Origin: Candidatus Latescibacterota bacterium
GTDB lineage: Bacteria; Latescibacterota; UBA2968; UBA8231
NCBI GenBank assembly: GCA_963422735.1
Contig: OY730476.1
Location: forward strand, 4,224,001-4,288,000
Reading direction: 5' to 3'
Length of the DNA: 64,000 nt
The first letter of the stretch is position 1; each line of letters begins with the position of its first letter. The translations under genes were made by a program, and so were the position numbers. Below, piece by piece: positions 63,668 to 64,000 of this stretch. The notes under the pieces are model-generated. The model made no database searches, was not told the DNA's origin, and saw nothing but the letters and a program-made list of their open reading frames with translations.

Positions 63668-63805
63668 TCGTCAAGGCCGGTGCGCGGTTCTCCTGCATCT
63701 TATTAAGCAGGCAAGGACACAAAGCGGGTGGGATGCCCGCGTTCTGAGGAGTGCCCAGCGGATTTTGTTAGATTCTCTAAGCCACTTAACCCACAAGGAG
63801 CAACC

Positions 63806-64000
63806 ATGCGTAAAAGCCACATCTTTCTTATGATCGTCGTTTGGTTCGGCTTTGCTACCTACCTCGTCCTCAAAGTAACTTCCGGGGAAGCCGAGGAAGA
63901 CCAATCCCTAGGCTTAAGTCAGAAAATCCAAGCCATAGAGCAAAAGATCCAAGCCCAAGACGAACAAATCGAAAGGCTCGAAGCCAAGATGGTCGAAATC
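63806..64000 (+). CDS. Membrane-anchored coiled-coil protein (3' truncated by window)
   Basis: AAGGAG RBS, ATG 63806; MRKSHIFLMIVVWFGFATYLVL followed by heptad-like QKIQAIEQKIQAQDEQIERLE. Confidence 0.7.
   Translation, partial: MRKSHIFLMIVVWFGFATYLVLKVTSGEAEEDQSLGLSQKIQAIEQKIQAQDEQIERLEAKMVEI

Overview
GC-rich bacterial chromosome segment. FlgD-Ig and PorV-like proteins, a long SecA, many PQQ-like propellers, PhyH and DUF6785-like proteins suggest an FCB-group lineage such as Latescibacterota; this is inference. The first ~38.7 kb is mostly housekeeping: ribD-ribE-ribBA-ribH-nusB, secA, GT2, purC, rhamnulokinase, a sigma-70 factor, a PHP/FlgD/PorV/M50 operon, tgt-yajC-fmt, tRNA-Ala(GGC), mfd-PPIases, nrnA and argF. 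From ~39 to 58.3 kb lies an uncharacterised biosynthesis/transport-like cluster: four PQQ-like beta-propellers, a HemN-like radical SAM, TonB receptor, CoA ligase, flavin halogenase, Na+/solute symporter, GT4, thioesterase and ABC exporter. A decaying AT-rich restriction-modification pair follows. The most unusual non-coding signal is a small element with terminal inverted repeats, present twice (29186-29404 and 61224-61505). It carries a variable-length telomere-like (TTAGTGG)n array next to a conserved foldable core. Other non-coding signals are a second MITE-like element, inverted REP-like elements bracketing three cluster genes, and a candidate structured ncRNA. Product calls rest on recognised motifs, not database searches.
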